Shown piece by piece: positions 20,165 to 28,922 of a DNA stretch of 64,000 bases. Under the pieces are notes generated by a model, which did not search any database, was not told the DNA's origin, and worked only from the letters and a program-made list of their open reading frames with translations. Location: assembly GCA_041737355.1 (NCBI GenBank), contig JBGSRW010000006.1, forward strand, positions 3,246-67,245, in the 5' to 3' direction. A program made the position numbers and the translations under genes. Source of the stretch: Patescibacteria group bacterium. GTDB taxonomy: Bacteria; Patescibacteriota; Patescibacteriia; XYB2-FULL-38-15. Position 1 is the stretch's first letter. Each line of letters begins with the position of its first letter.

Positions 20165-20196
20165 AAAAAACCCCGCCATTTCTGGCGGGGTATTTC
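20165..20196 (-). terminator. Intrinsic terminator
   Basis: accccgcca-tttc-tggcggggt with A-tract (U-tail on minus). Confidence 0.75.
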
Positions 20197-20220
20197 GATA
20201 TAAGTTGACGGAAATTATTT

Positions 20221-20691
20221 TTAAAGTTTCCCGAGAGCGTTCGAGATTTTTTCAAGCCCTTCTTGTGCCCTCTGAATCTGTTCTTGATAAATTTTTTCTC
20301 CTTTTTCCAATATTTTTTTTGTTTCCCCGATTCCGGGTATATCATATGTTTTATGCCAGTCCTCATCTGCTATAGAAAAATGAGAGATCGAATGCAGCGC
20401 CTCTCCGGAGTCAAGGATTCTAATTTTTTCAATTGTCTCCCAATTGATTGGAATTTTTAGTGTTGAGGGACTATCCAAAAAATCTTCACATTCATCGAAT
20501 ATCTTTGCCGCCCTTTCTTGCGTGCCTTGCCTTCTTGCCTTGTCCCACACCTGTCTTTCCCCAGTCGCGCCAAAGTGCTCTTGCAGCCAACGGATTTCTT
20601 GTGCCAGTCTCTGAAAAATAGCTGGCTCTGATTCGGTCTTATCTCCCTGAACTCCCTCGGGAGCCCCTCCTCTTTCCATATTTTTTCCCAT
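20221..20691 (-). CDS. Orphan 156-aa protein
   Basis: ORF flanked by terminator and (GA)10 promoter cassette. Confidence 0.75.
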   Translation of the reverse strand: MGKNMERGGAPEGVQGDKTESEPAIFQRLAQEIRWLQEHFGATGERQVWDKARRQGTQERAAKIFDECEDFLDSPSTLKIPINWETIEKIRILDSGEALHSISHFSIADEDWHKTYDIPGIGETKKILEKGEKIYQEQIQRAQEGLEKISNALGKL

Positions 20692-20761
20692 ATTTTAAAA
20701 ATTAATAATTATCTCTTCCGCTTCCTATAGTACTCTCTCTCTCTCTCTCTCTGATTTGCAA
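20692..20761 (-). promoter_or_regulatory. Promoter cassette TTGCAA-[ATC(AG)10]-TACTAT plus conserved leader
   Basis: -35 at 20761..20756, (CT)10 at 20733..20752 on + strand, -10 at 20732..20727; homologous to 7513..7587. Confidence 0.7.
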
Positions 20762-20833
20762 GCCCCAATTTTACTTAAATATGGAACAAAAAAGCGGCCG
20801 TTCCGGCCGCCCTAAATTAAACTAAATTTCGCC

Positions 20834-21478
20834 CTATATCTTACCCTGGACCTCGCTATTCAATCTTCCGAAAAAATTGACCATAAATAGGTGTCTTTTC
20901 TTAGCAATACGCTTACCCTCTTTTGTTAACATCTTATCTTTAATTTTACTTAATTTAACAAGGAATTCGCGATATGCGGTGTCTTCCCGGCTGTATTCTT
21001 TTGTCTTACTGATATCCACATTGATGTCGTGGACCCTGGCACCAACTTCGCCGGAAAACACGAAAGCTCTCCCTATCCCTATCGCGCCGATAGCATCAAG
21101 CTTATCGGCATCGAATAAAACTTTTGCCTCTTTTGACTCAGGGATATTTTTGCCACGGAACCGATGGCATTTTATACAATGAGCAATTTTTTCTATTTTT
21201 TCTTCCGAAAAACCATATCTTTTTAAAAAAATTCCAGCTATTTCCGCGCCTTTTTCGGCATGACAAATTTTTCCGCCAACTTTATCCTGGTGCCCCCTTG
21301 CTATATCATGGAGCAAGGCGGAAATTTCTATAATTTCCAAATCGGCTTTTTCTTTTCTGCCAATATGAAGCGCGAGATTACAGACTCTTTCCGTATGGTC
21401 CCAGTTATGACAACCTTTGGAATTATGAAAAAATTTCTTTGCCTCTTTTTTTATTTGCTCTAGAATCTTTTTGTTCAT
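20834..21478 (-). CDS. HD-domain phosphohydrolase
   Basis: H..DH..RV, ALLHD, HRFR, DADKLDAIGAIG. Confidence 0.9.
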   Translation of the reverse strand: MNKKILEQIKKEAKKFFHNSKGCHNWDHTERVCNLALHIGRKEKADLEIIEISALLHDIARGHQDKVGGKICHAEKGAEIAGIFLKRYGFSEEKIEKIAHCIKCHRFRGKNIPESKEAKVLFDADKLDAIGAIGIGRAFVFSGEVGARVHDINVDISKTKEYSREDTAYREFLVKLSKIKDKMLTKEGKRIAKKRHLFMVNFFGRLNSEVQGKI

Positions 21479-21891
21479 TAATTTATTTTGTTCAAATCTC
21501 CGTCTAAAATAATCGGCTGCATGGCCAGCATTTCATCTTTATATCCCATCTCGGGTACCGGATTTAAAAGAAAAATCTTTTTATCTAGAACATGAGCGAA
21601 AGCCATTTCTAAAAAAGAATTCCCGCCGACATAGTTTGGTGCGCCGTGCCGCTCGCCGTTTAGAACTAAAATGGCATCACCTTGTTTTATCTCTTCAAAA
21701 TACTCCTTAATCAACCCGTATTTAACTTTATTGGCAGCCGACTCGTTGTGCATCTGTTCCAGGGTCGCCATTTCGGCGTATTCGTGGGTAAAGCGCGGCA
21801 AAATTACTTTATGGCCGAGATACAGTAATTCTTTTTCCGCTTCCACCATTTCCTTGGCAAAAGTCATGCTGCCGCAAACAACAATTTTCAT
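21478..21891 (-). CDS. Hypothetical protein (nucleoside deoxyribosyltransferase-like Rossmannoid fold)
   Basis: MKIVVCGSM, DAILVLN, YVGGNSFLEM..A...KKIFL. Confidence 0.7.
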   Translation of the reverse strand: MKIVVCGSMTFAKEMVEAEKELLYLGHKVILPRFTHEYAEMATLEQMHNESAANKVKYGLIKEYFEEIKQGDAILVLNGERHGAPNYVGGNSFLEMAFAHVLDKKIFLLNPVPEMGYKDEMLAMQPIILDGDLNKIN

Positions 21892-21895
21892 ATTT

Positions 21896-22208
21896 TTATT
21901 TAATTTCCTCCCACTCCACTCCTGAACTAAAAACATTTAATTCCTGACTGTGTTGCTCTTTAGTTGCCCTCAATTGTGGCAAATCTTTTTTGCTCTATTG
22001 GTTTGCGTGGATCATCGAGAAAAGCTTTTAACTTTCTGGCGACGAATATATCTTTCCAGTCTATTTTGATAGCAAGCGCTGGCTCTTCTTTCAATGTCCT
22101 CAAAAAATCGTAAAAATCAATAGAATCCATTGCTAAAAATTCCGAGCTAATATCTTTCGGTTTAGATTCTTTTTCTGGCGTGAATCCCGCCTCTATTTTA
22201 TCTTTCAT
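21896..22208 (-). pseudogene. Hypothetical gene with probable single-base frameshift near 21972
   Basis: 82-aa ORF stops at 21960; the alternative frame continues RATKEQHSQELNVFSSGVEWEEIK* ending 4 nt before the next ATG. Confidence 0.5.
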
Positions 22209-22228
22209 AAATTTATTGATTAGCAGTA

Positions 22229-23086
22229 TTATTTCTCGACAAAAATCATCGCTTTTCTCCCGTTCTCCACGTCTCCCCCGTTCCAGTCGTGGACCGCGTT
22301 AATAAAAACATCCGGATCGTATAAATATCCCTCGCCGCGCTTTGTCCCCGGATCATTCGTAATAATCATCCCCTCTTTTGTCCAACCGCGGACAACAAGC
22401 ATGTGATAGAGCGGACCTGGCTGCTGAAAATATATGTTCCCAAGCAGCTGGCCGGCGGCCGGTAAAATTACCGGATGGCCGCTTGCCACTTCCTGCTTGA
22501 TATCATTTATATCTATGTCATAAACAACCCTGACATTTTGATAACCATATTTTTCGCGGAGAATTCGCGCCGTTTCTTCGGCGGTCGTATCAAGCCAATA
22601 ACCAAATGTTTGCAGTTCCCAATTCACGATGGCGTTAATTTCGTCGTCCGCGCTCTGCGGCGTAAAATTGCGGTTGGTATAAAAAGCGTCAATCATCATA
22701 ACCGATGCTTCCTCGCAGGCATCTTCGTGAATCTCGTCCCAAACCGCGAAAGGCGCCTGCGGAGTAAAGGGAACGGCAAGATTAAACTCGGCCGGCAAAC
22801 CTTCCGTATGGCCGGAAGTATTAGTGTTCGCTTCACCATCGCTACTAATAATTGGGATATTTGTGGCCTGATTTACGATCCATGATCCCTGACCGTTTCC
22901 CAACGCCTGTTTTATCTCGCTAAAATTCTGGGCCGGCGGCAAACTGCTTTGCCTTATTTTTTCCTCAATATAATTTTTTATGGGCACGCGGCAGAAAAAA
23001 ATAACCGCCCCCGCCAAAAGCAGGACGGCTAAAAAAATAGTTTTCTCTAAACTTAGCGAAAATTTTTTCTGGGATATTTTCGGCAT
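22229..23086 (-). CDS. Membrane-anchored C39-like cysteine peptidase
   Basis: N-terminal TM; VPFTPQAP, ACEEAS, YHMLVVRG, NDPG. Confidence 0.8.
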   Translation of the reverse strand: MPKISQKKFSLSLEKTIFLAVLLLAGAVIFFCRVPIKNYIEEKIRQSSLPPAQNFSEIKQALGNGQGSWIVNQATNIPIISSDGEANTNTSGHTEGLPAEFNLAVPFTPQAPFAVWDEIHEDACEEASVMMIDAFYTNRNFTPQSADDEINAIVNWELQTFGYWLDTTAEETARILREKYGYQNVRVVYDIDINDIKQEVASGHPVILPAAGQLLGNIYFQQPGPLYHMLVVRGWTKEGMIITNDPGTKRGEGYLYDPDVFINAVHDWNGGDVENGRKAMIFVEK

Positions 23087-23103
23087 GAACTTTAAAAACT
23101 TTT

Positions 23104-24495
23104 TTATTTTTCAACAACTTTTATGTGCGCATCTTTTAGCTGCGCCTCCGGCAATTCTGACGGCGCTCCCATTAGAATATCGCGAGCATCGGAAGTTTTC
23201 GGGAAAGCAATTACCTCGCGGATGTTCGGCTCGCCGGCCAGAATCATCGCCAGCCGGTCAAAGCCCGGAGCGATACCGCCGTGCGGCGGGGCGCCGTAAG
23301 CGAATGCTTCAAACATATGGCCAAAACGCGCCTCGGCATCGTCCTTGCTCACTCCGAGAAGACGGAAAATTTTTGCTTGCAAGCTCCGGTCGTGGATTCT
23401 GATACTGCCGCCTCCGACTTCATATCCGTTTAAAACAATATCATAGGCGTAGGCCCGGACATCGAGCGGATGTTCTTCTATGTCCTCTAAATCTTCTTTG
23501 TGGGGCATGGTAAAAGGGTGGTGCGAGGAAACCAGTTTCTTTTCCGACTCCGACCACTCAAAAAGAGGAAAATCAACTACCCAGCAAAAAGCCAGTTCGT
23601 TCGGATCGTTTTTATCTTTCCTCAAATCCGGCTTATCACTCTTATATTTTTTCATCGCCTCATCATAAGTCAGGATTGGAAAAGGAATTTTCTGAATTCT
23701 TTTCTCGGGCGCCACCTTCCCTACAAGCTCGATCATCATCTCTTCGGCCAATTTCATTACATCATCCTGCTCGACAAAAGACATCTCAATATCAATCTGG
23801 GTGAATTCCGGCTGGCGGTCTCCGCGCTGGTCTTCGTCGCGGAAACACCTGGCAATCTGAAAATATTTTTCGAGACCCGAGACCATTAAAAGCTGTTTAA
23901 ATTGCTGTGGCGACTGAGGCAGGACATAAAATTTTCCCGGGTGGAGTCTTGAGGGGACAACATATTCCCTCGCCCCTTCCGGCGTTCCTTTGGTAAGGTA
24001 AGGCGTCTCAACTTCGGTAAAATCGCGTTCGTGTAAAAATTTTCTAACCTCGTCGAGCATTTGGCTCCTCTGCGCAATATTTTTTCTCATCCGTTCGCTC
24101 CGCAAATCAAGATAGCGATATTTTAATCTCAATTCTTCATTCACGGCCCGCGTGTCTTTATCAATTTCAAAAGGCAGAGTTTTGGCCTCGTTCAAAATCT
24201 CCAATTTTTTCGCCTCGATTTCAACTTTTCCGGTGGCGAGATTCGGATTGACCATTTTTTCCGGCCGGGCATTAACTTTCCCGGTAATAGCTACGACAAA
24301 TTCCGAACGGAGTTTGTCGGCCTGGCTCATAAAATCCTTGTCTTTTGACACGAAGACAACCTGGATCAGGCCGGAAATATCACGCAGATCAATAAAAATA
24401 ATTTTCCCCATGTCCCGCCGGACATGAACCCAGCCCTTCAACAGAACCTCTTCCCCGACTTTATTAACCGTATCTTTAATTAAAGTCCGCTGCAT
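23104..24495 (-). CDS. aspS: Aspartyl-tRNA synthetase (short bacterial type)
   Basis: LPQSPQQFKQLLM, CFRDED, PEFTQID, PPHGGIAPGFDR. Confidence 0.95.
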   Translation of the reverse strand: MQRTLIKDTVNKVGEEVLLKGWVHVRRDMGKIIFIDLRDISGLIQVVFVSKDKDFMSQADKLRSEFVVAITGKVNARPEKMVNPNLATGKVEIEAKKLEILNEAKTLPFEIDKDTRAVNEELRLKYRYLDLRSERMRKNIAQRSQMLDEVRKFLHERDFTEVETPYLTKGTPEGAREYVVPSRLHPGKFYVLPQSPQQFKQLLMVSGLEKYFQIARCFRDEDQRGDRQPEFTQIDIEMSFVEQDDVMKLAEEMMIELVGKVAPEKRIQKIPFPILTYDEAMKKYKSDKPDLRKDKNDPNELAFCWVVDFPLFEWSESEKKLVSSHHPFTMPHKEDLEDIEEHPLDVRAYAYDIVLNGYEVGGGSIRIHDRSLQAKIFRLLGVSKDDAEARFGHMFEAFAYGAPPHGGIAPGFDRLAMILAGEPNIREVIAFPKTSDARDILMGAPSELPEAQLKDAHIKVVEK

Positions 24496-24499
24496 AAAA

Positions 24500-25792
24500 T
24501 TATGGTTTTAATCTGTTAATCATTCTCGGGAATGGAATTGTTTCCCTGACATGGTGTACGCCGCACATCCAGCCGACGATGCGCTCAAGACCATAGCCAA
24601 AACCCGAATGCGGCACCGAGCCGTATTTTCGGAGATCCAAATACCATTGGAAATCGGCAAGCGGCATTTTTTCTTCCTTCATCCGGGAAAGCAGCAAATC
24701 ATAATTGTCTTCGCGCTCCGAACCGCCGATAATTTCGCCGTGCCCTTCTGTCGCGATTAAATCCGAACCGAGCACTACTTCGGAATTTTGCGGATCGCGT
24801 TTCATGTAGAACGCCTTAATCTGCCGTGGCCACTTTTCCACAAAAACCGGCACGTCGGAATCCTGCGTCAATAAAGTTTCGTCATCGGCGCCCAAATCAT
24901 CGCCGTCTTTAATATCGGAGCCGAGCGATTGGACTTTTTTAATCGCATCATGATAAGTCATCCGGACAAACGGCGCTTTTATTTTTTCTAGCTTGCTTAT
25001 ATCCCTTTCCAAAATTTCTAATTCTTTTCTGTTCGTTTCCAGAACTTTTTTAACAATATGGCAAATTAATTCTTCCTGGATTTTCATATTCTCTTCGTGA
25101 TGCACAAATGCCGCCTCGGCGTCCATCATCCAGAATTCGGTAAGGTGCCTACGGGTTTTTGATTTTTCTGCCCGGAAAGTCGGGCCAAAATCAAAACACC
25201 GGCCGAAACTCATAGCCGCGGCTTCAAGATAAAGTTGCCCTGACTGCGCAAGATATGCCTTGCCCAAATCAAAATATGGAACCTCAAACAAAGTTGTTGT
25301 TCCCTCGCAGGCAGTAGGCGTCAGAATCGGCGTATCAATTTTTATAAAACCGTTCTGGTTAAAATATTCGTAAGTCGCGTTAATTACCGTATTACGGACG
25401 CGCATGGTTGCCCATTGTTTTGAAGAACGGAGCCAGAGGTGGCGTTCGTCCAACAAAAATTCCGGACCGTGCTCCTTTTTCCCGATCGGGTATTCCTCGG
25501 CAACCTGGACGATTTTTAAATTTTTTACCTGCAGTTCGTATTCTTCTTTTTTCGGGTGCTTGCTGACTGTGCCAACAATTTCCACCGAGGTCTCGATGGT
25601 GATTTTTTGGCAGGCCTCCCAAGCTTCAGCCGGCGCTTCGTTTTTCGAGACAATTGCCTGGATAAAGCCCGAACCGTCGCGGACCTGCAAAAAGAAAATG
25701 CTCCCCGAGGAACGGAAATTATAAATCCAGCCTCGAACCGCGACTTCCTGGCCTAAAAATTGGCTGATATCTTTCAATAAAATGGTTTGCAT
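24500..25792 (-). CDS. asnS: Asparaginyl-tRNA synthetase
   Basis: QSGQLYLEA, FRAEKSKTRRHLTEFWM, WYLDLRKYGSVPHSGFG. Confidence 0.96.
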   Translation of the reverse strand: MQTILLKDISQFLGQEVAVRGWIYNFRSSGSIFFLQVRDGSGFIQAIVSKNEAPAEAWEACQKITIETSVEIVGTVSKHPKKEEYELQVKNLKIVQVAEEYPIGKKEHGPEFLLDERHLWLRSSKQWATMRVRNTVINATYEYFNQNGFIKIDTPILTPTACEGTTTLFEVPYFDLGKAYLAQSGQLYLEAAAMSFGRCFDFGPTFRAEKSKTRRHLTEFWMMDAEAAFVHHEENMKIQEELICHIVKKVLETNRKELEILERDISKLEKIKAPFVRMTYHDAIKKVQSLGSDIKDGDDLGADDETLLTQDSDVPVFVEKWPRQIKAFYMKRDPQNSEVVLGSDLIATEGHGEIIGGSEREDNYDLLLSRMKEEKMPLADFQWYLDLRKYGSVPHSGFGYGLERIVGWMCGVHHVRETIPFPRMINRLKP

Positions 25793-25879
25793 ATAATTGT
25801 ATAATTATAGATTATTTCTCGGATAAAATCAAGATAAAAAAGACCGACTGGCTTGGCCAATCGGCGTGTGTCTCCCCTC

Positions 25880-26074
25880 CTAATGTACTGCCTTCTTCTT
25901 ACCTTGCCGCTCAGCCCGGGCCCTGCGGATGGTGTCAATTGCCACCCAGCCCAGAAAACAGAGCGGAACGACGGTAGCGACCGCAACACCAGGCGTCTCG
26001 GAGAGCGCCAGACCGATTGTGGCGGCGACTCCGCCAAGAAAGAACAAGCTGATCAGAATGGCCAAGACCTTCAT
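25880..26074 (-). CDS. Small 2-TM hypothetical membrane protein
   Basis: Two hydrophobic segments, basic tail; purine-rich RBS; followed by terminator-like hairpin. Confidence 0.6.
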   Translation of the reverse strand: MKVLAILISLFFLGGVAATIGLALSETPGVAVATVVPLCFLGWVAIDTIRRARAERQGKKKAVH

Positions 26075-26085
26075 TCTGCCCTCTC

Positions 26086-26382
26086 TTACTCCGCAGCTTC
26101 CGCGCGGTCATTTTCCGCCTTGATCGCTGCCAGTTCTTGTTTAAATTCATCGAGCCAACGCTTGGCCTTGAAGCTCGCCTTCACGAGCAAAATCAGCCAC
26201 GCACCAACAAAAGCGATTGGAAGGGTGATGACCAAAAATAACCACCAGCCCATTCCCCCGACGATGAAATCCCAACCGGCGATCCCAACGCACGCCCAGA
26301 TAAGCGCGGCCAGAATAAGCGCGAGCCACGGCGGGAAAAGCATGCCAATGTTCAGCTCGAGATCCTCTTTCTCGTTATCCAT
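26086..26382 (-). CDS. 2-TM hypothetical membrane protein
   Basis: AAGGAGG upstream of ATG; two Trp-rich TM helices. Confidence 0.65.
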   Translation of the reverse strand: MDNEKEDLELNIGMLFPPWLALILAALIWACVGIAGWDFIVGGMGWWLFLVITLPIAFVGAWLILLVKASFKAKRWLDEFKQELAAIKAENDRAEAAE

Positions 26383-26534
26383 CATCCCCTCCTTCTGTCT
26401 AAACCTTACCAAAAAATTACAAAAAGTCAACGTCTCTTGACGAAAAGGCATAAAAGTAATAATCTAAAAAATACTGTATCTGAAGATAGCTACTCGGGAT
26501 TTGGCAGGTATGGGGGCAAAAAGGAGGGAGTTCT

Positions 26535-27734
26535 TTGAAAAAGCAGATCGTTACGGCTTATGGTAAAACTTCTCTTGATGTAAGGCAGCTTCCCGGGGCG
26601 AACATCTTCGTCTCGCTGGAAAAAGCCATTTTCCCGACGGAAAAGAAAAAGCCCGGAGAAAAACAGCAAAGGGCGGAAATCCCGGCGGGAGCCATTCTCC
26701 TGCCCCATTGGAGCGGTTCCGGTTTCAACGCCCAGCGAGGTTACGTTGTCTACGCAAACGGCCTGTACGAGGCCCTGCGGGCGACAACGCACATCTTCTT
26801 CGGCTACGGAACTCGCGGCAACAAAGGAGAACTCCAGACGCTCGAAACGATGTCGAGACAACTAATCGACATCGTTTCCGTTCTGACTGCTGGCAAGGAA
26901 GCCGGGAGCAACCGGCTAACGGCGGTCCAGACCGAACTTGCGGTTATGGCCGAAGAAATGGCCGCGGTCCTGAACCAGACAAAACGCGAGGCCAGGGACA
27001 AAATCGACGCCTCTAAGGCGCTCGAAGTTTCCCATCCTTCCGGAAAGATGGTTCAAAATCTTCCGGCCAACGCGGTACGTCTTGCGGCCGCCCAACGGCG
27101 CATCGAACGGCGCCAAGACGAGGTGCGGAGAATCGCCGCCCGGCTCGTTTCTTGGGAACAGGTTCTGGCCTCAGAAATCGGCCGGACGTGGGATGCCCTG
27201 AATTGGTTTCGCAAGATGATCGACTCCGAAACGAAGCGCCTCTCGGGCCGATGGACGGACAGGGAGAGGGATGTTTTCCTCAACCGCGCCGGCTGGGCCA
27301 AGGCGCATCTTCTCCCGAGCATCGATGCCGAACCTTTCGTCAAAACCGCGCGCCTCATCCGGCGCGATCTTGGCCAGGCCATGTCTGCCGCTGGCGAGCA
27401 GGAGAAGGATAAGGTGGCCGTGGCGCTGAACCGCATCCTCGCCTCGCTCCGCTTCAAGGACGCTCAGCGAGCCTTTGAAGAAAAAATCCTTCTGCCTTTT
27501 TCCGTCCGACAGGAACTCGGTATTTTGACGCAAAACGACATGAGGCATTTTCGGGGCTGCACCGAAAACTTCCGGGAACGCCTGACCGTTTTGTCGGACC
27601 AGGGTTTCGCGAGTCCGCGCAAAGAGGAAATCATCATCCGCCTGAAACTCGCCGTGATCGAAATTGACCGGCTTGGCGTTGACGGTGCCGAGATCGTAAA
27701 AGACGCGCTGAAACGCGCTTCTCATCTGCTTTAG
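26535..27734 (+). CDS. Orphan 399-aa helical/coiled-coil protein
   Basis: TTG start after AGGAGG; promoter TTGACG-17-TAATCT upstream; GC-richer than core genes. Confidence 0.8.
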   Translation: MKKQIVTAYGKTSLDVRQLPGANIFVSLEKAIFPTEKKKPGEKQQRAEIPAGAILLPHWSGSGFNAQRGYVVYANGLYEALRATTHIFFGYGTRGNKGELQTLETMSRQLIDIVSVLTAGKEAGSNRLTAVQTELAVMAEEMAAVLNQTKREARDKIDASKALEVSHPSGKMVQNLPANAVRLAAAQRRIERRQDEVRRIAARLVSWEQVLASEIGRTWDALNWFRKMIDSETKRLSGRWTDRERDVFLNRAGWAKAHLLPSIDAEPFVKTARLIRRDLGQAMSAAGEQEKDKVAVALNRILASLRFKDAQRAFEEKILLPFSVRQELGILTQNDMRHFRGCTENFRERLTVLSDQGFASPRKEEIIIRLKLAVIEIDRLGVDGAEIVKDALKRASHLL

Positions 27735-27834
27735 CCAAAAATACGCAGCACCCTAAAAAGTGCTGTTTTTTTATAAAAAAAGACCCAACTATGCTTGGTT
27801 GGGTCGAGAAACGTTAACACCTTACCCGCTCTTT

Positions 27835-28827
27835 CTAGAGCGGTGTCCTCACTCCTCCGAAAGGATCGTCTTCCCAGAGGAGATAATACAGCAGAGCTGT
27901 CCTCATCCACATGCCATTCCGTTCCTGACGCCAGATTTTGATGCGAGGGTCACGGTCGCAGGCCGGCTCAAGCTCTCCCCGCCTCGGCAGAGGATGCATG
28001 ACAATCGAGTGCGGCCTGAGAATCTTAAGATGTCGCTCCTGAAAAAAGAAGGGGGTAGCCCCTTTCTCTTTGTCAAAATCATCCTGGACGCGAGTCATAT
28101 AGACCGCGTCAGATACCGCCACGGCTGCCTCAAGATCTTCCGTTTCCTCAAACAGGATATTGTGCTTGCCGAGGAAATCCTTGATGTCTCCCTCCATACG
28201 ATAGGCTGGGGGAGAAACAAAGATAAGACGAACACCGGGGTAGTGCTTCATGAAGTAAGCGAGAGACCGGACTGTCCGGCCACGCTTCAGGTCCCCGGCC
28301 ATGGCAATAGTCTTGCCTTCAATCCCGCCCAACTCACGAAACTCACGATGCAATGTGTAAATGTCAAGCAGAGCTTGTGTCGGGTGCTGATCCTGGCCTG
28401 AACCGCCATTCACAATATGAGCCGCATGCCATGATTGGCGCACCCTCTCCCGGTCGAAGTACTCAGCTGCTTCCTTGGCAAGACCAGCATGAGGCGAACG
28501 CATAATGATGACGTCCGCATAAGACGCAAAAGTCGCCAGAGAATCAAGAGGCGTCTCGCCCTTAACTTCCGACGAAGTATTCGCGTCACGAATCTCAACA
28601 CAGTCCATCCCCAAATTCTGACAGGCAGACATAAACGAAACAAATGTCCGCGTCGAAACTTGGGTGAAGTACAGCGCTGCCCGCCTGTTTGGGAAAAGCT
28701 TCTTCAGTCGCAAAGCGCCGTCAGTTGTCTGAAATGCCTCCCTGATCTTCGTGGTCAGATTGCAAAGGTAGTCGAGTATTTCGCGGTCAAATTGCTGAGA
28801 TTCAAGAACATGGTAGAGACGCTTCAT
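27835..28827 (-). CDS. pyrB: Aspartate carbamoyltransferase catalytic subunit
   Basis: STRT, SEVKGET, QHPTQALLD, GDLKRGRTVRSL, YMTRVQ, MHPLPR; start MKRLYHV after AAAGGAGG. Confidence 0.93.
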   Translation of the reverse strand: MKRLYHVLESQQFDREILDYLCNLTTKIREAFQTTDGALRLKKLFPNRRAALYFTQVSTRTFVSFMSACQNLGMDCVEIRDANTSSEVKGETPLDSLATFASYADVIIMRSPHAGLAKEAAEYFDRERVRQSWHAAHIVNGGSGQDQHPTQALLDIYTLHREFRELGGIEGKTIAMAGDLKRGRTVRSLAYFMKHYPGVRLIFVSPPAYRMEGDIKDFLGKHNILFEETEDLEAAVAVSDAVYMTRVQDDFDKEKGATPFFFQERHLKILRPHSIVMHPLPRRGELEPACDRDPRIKIWRQERNGMWMRTALLYYLLWEDDPFGGVRTPL

Positions 28828-28861
28828 CGCCCGTCCTCCTTTCCTCCCCTTGCTCGGGTGC

Positions 28862-28893
28862 AAAAAAACGGCGGAGGATTCCTCCACCGCCGC
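28862..28893 (-). terminator. Terminator/possible attenuator between recO and pyrB
   Basis: GCGGCGG...CCGCCGT followed by U-tract on minus strand. Confidence 0.65.
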
Positions 28894-28922
28894 TTCGTGT
28901 CAACGTTCTAAAAAGAAGAATA

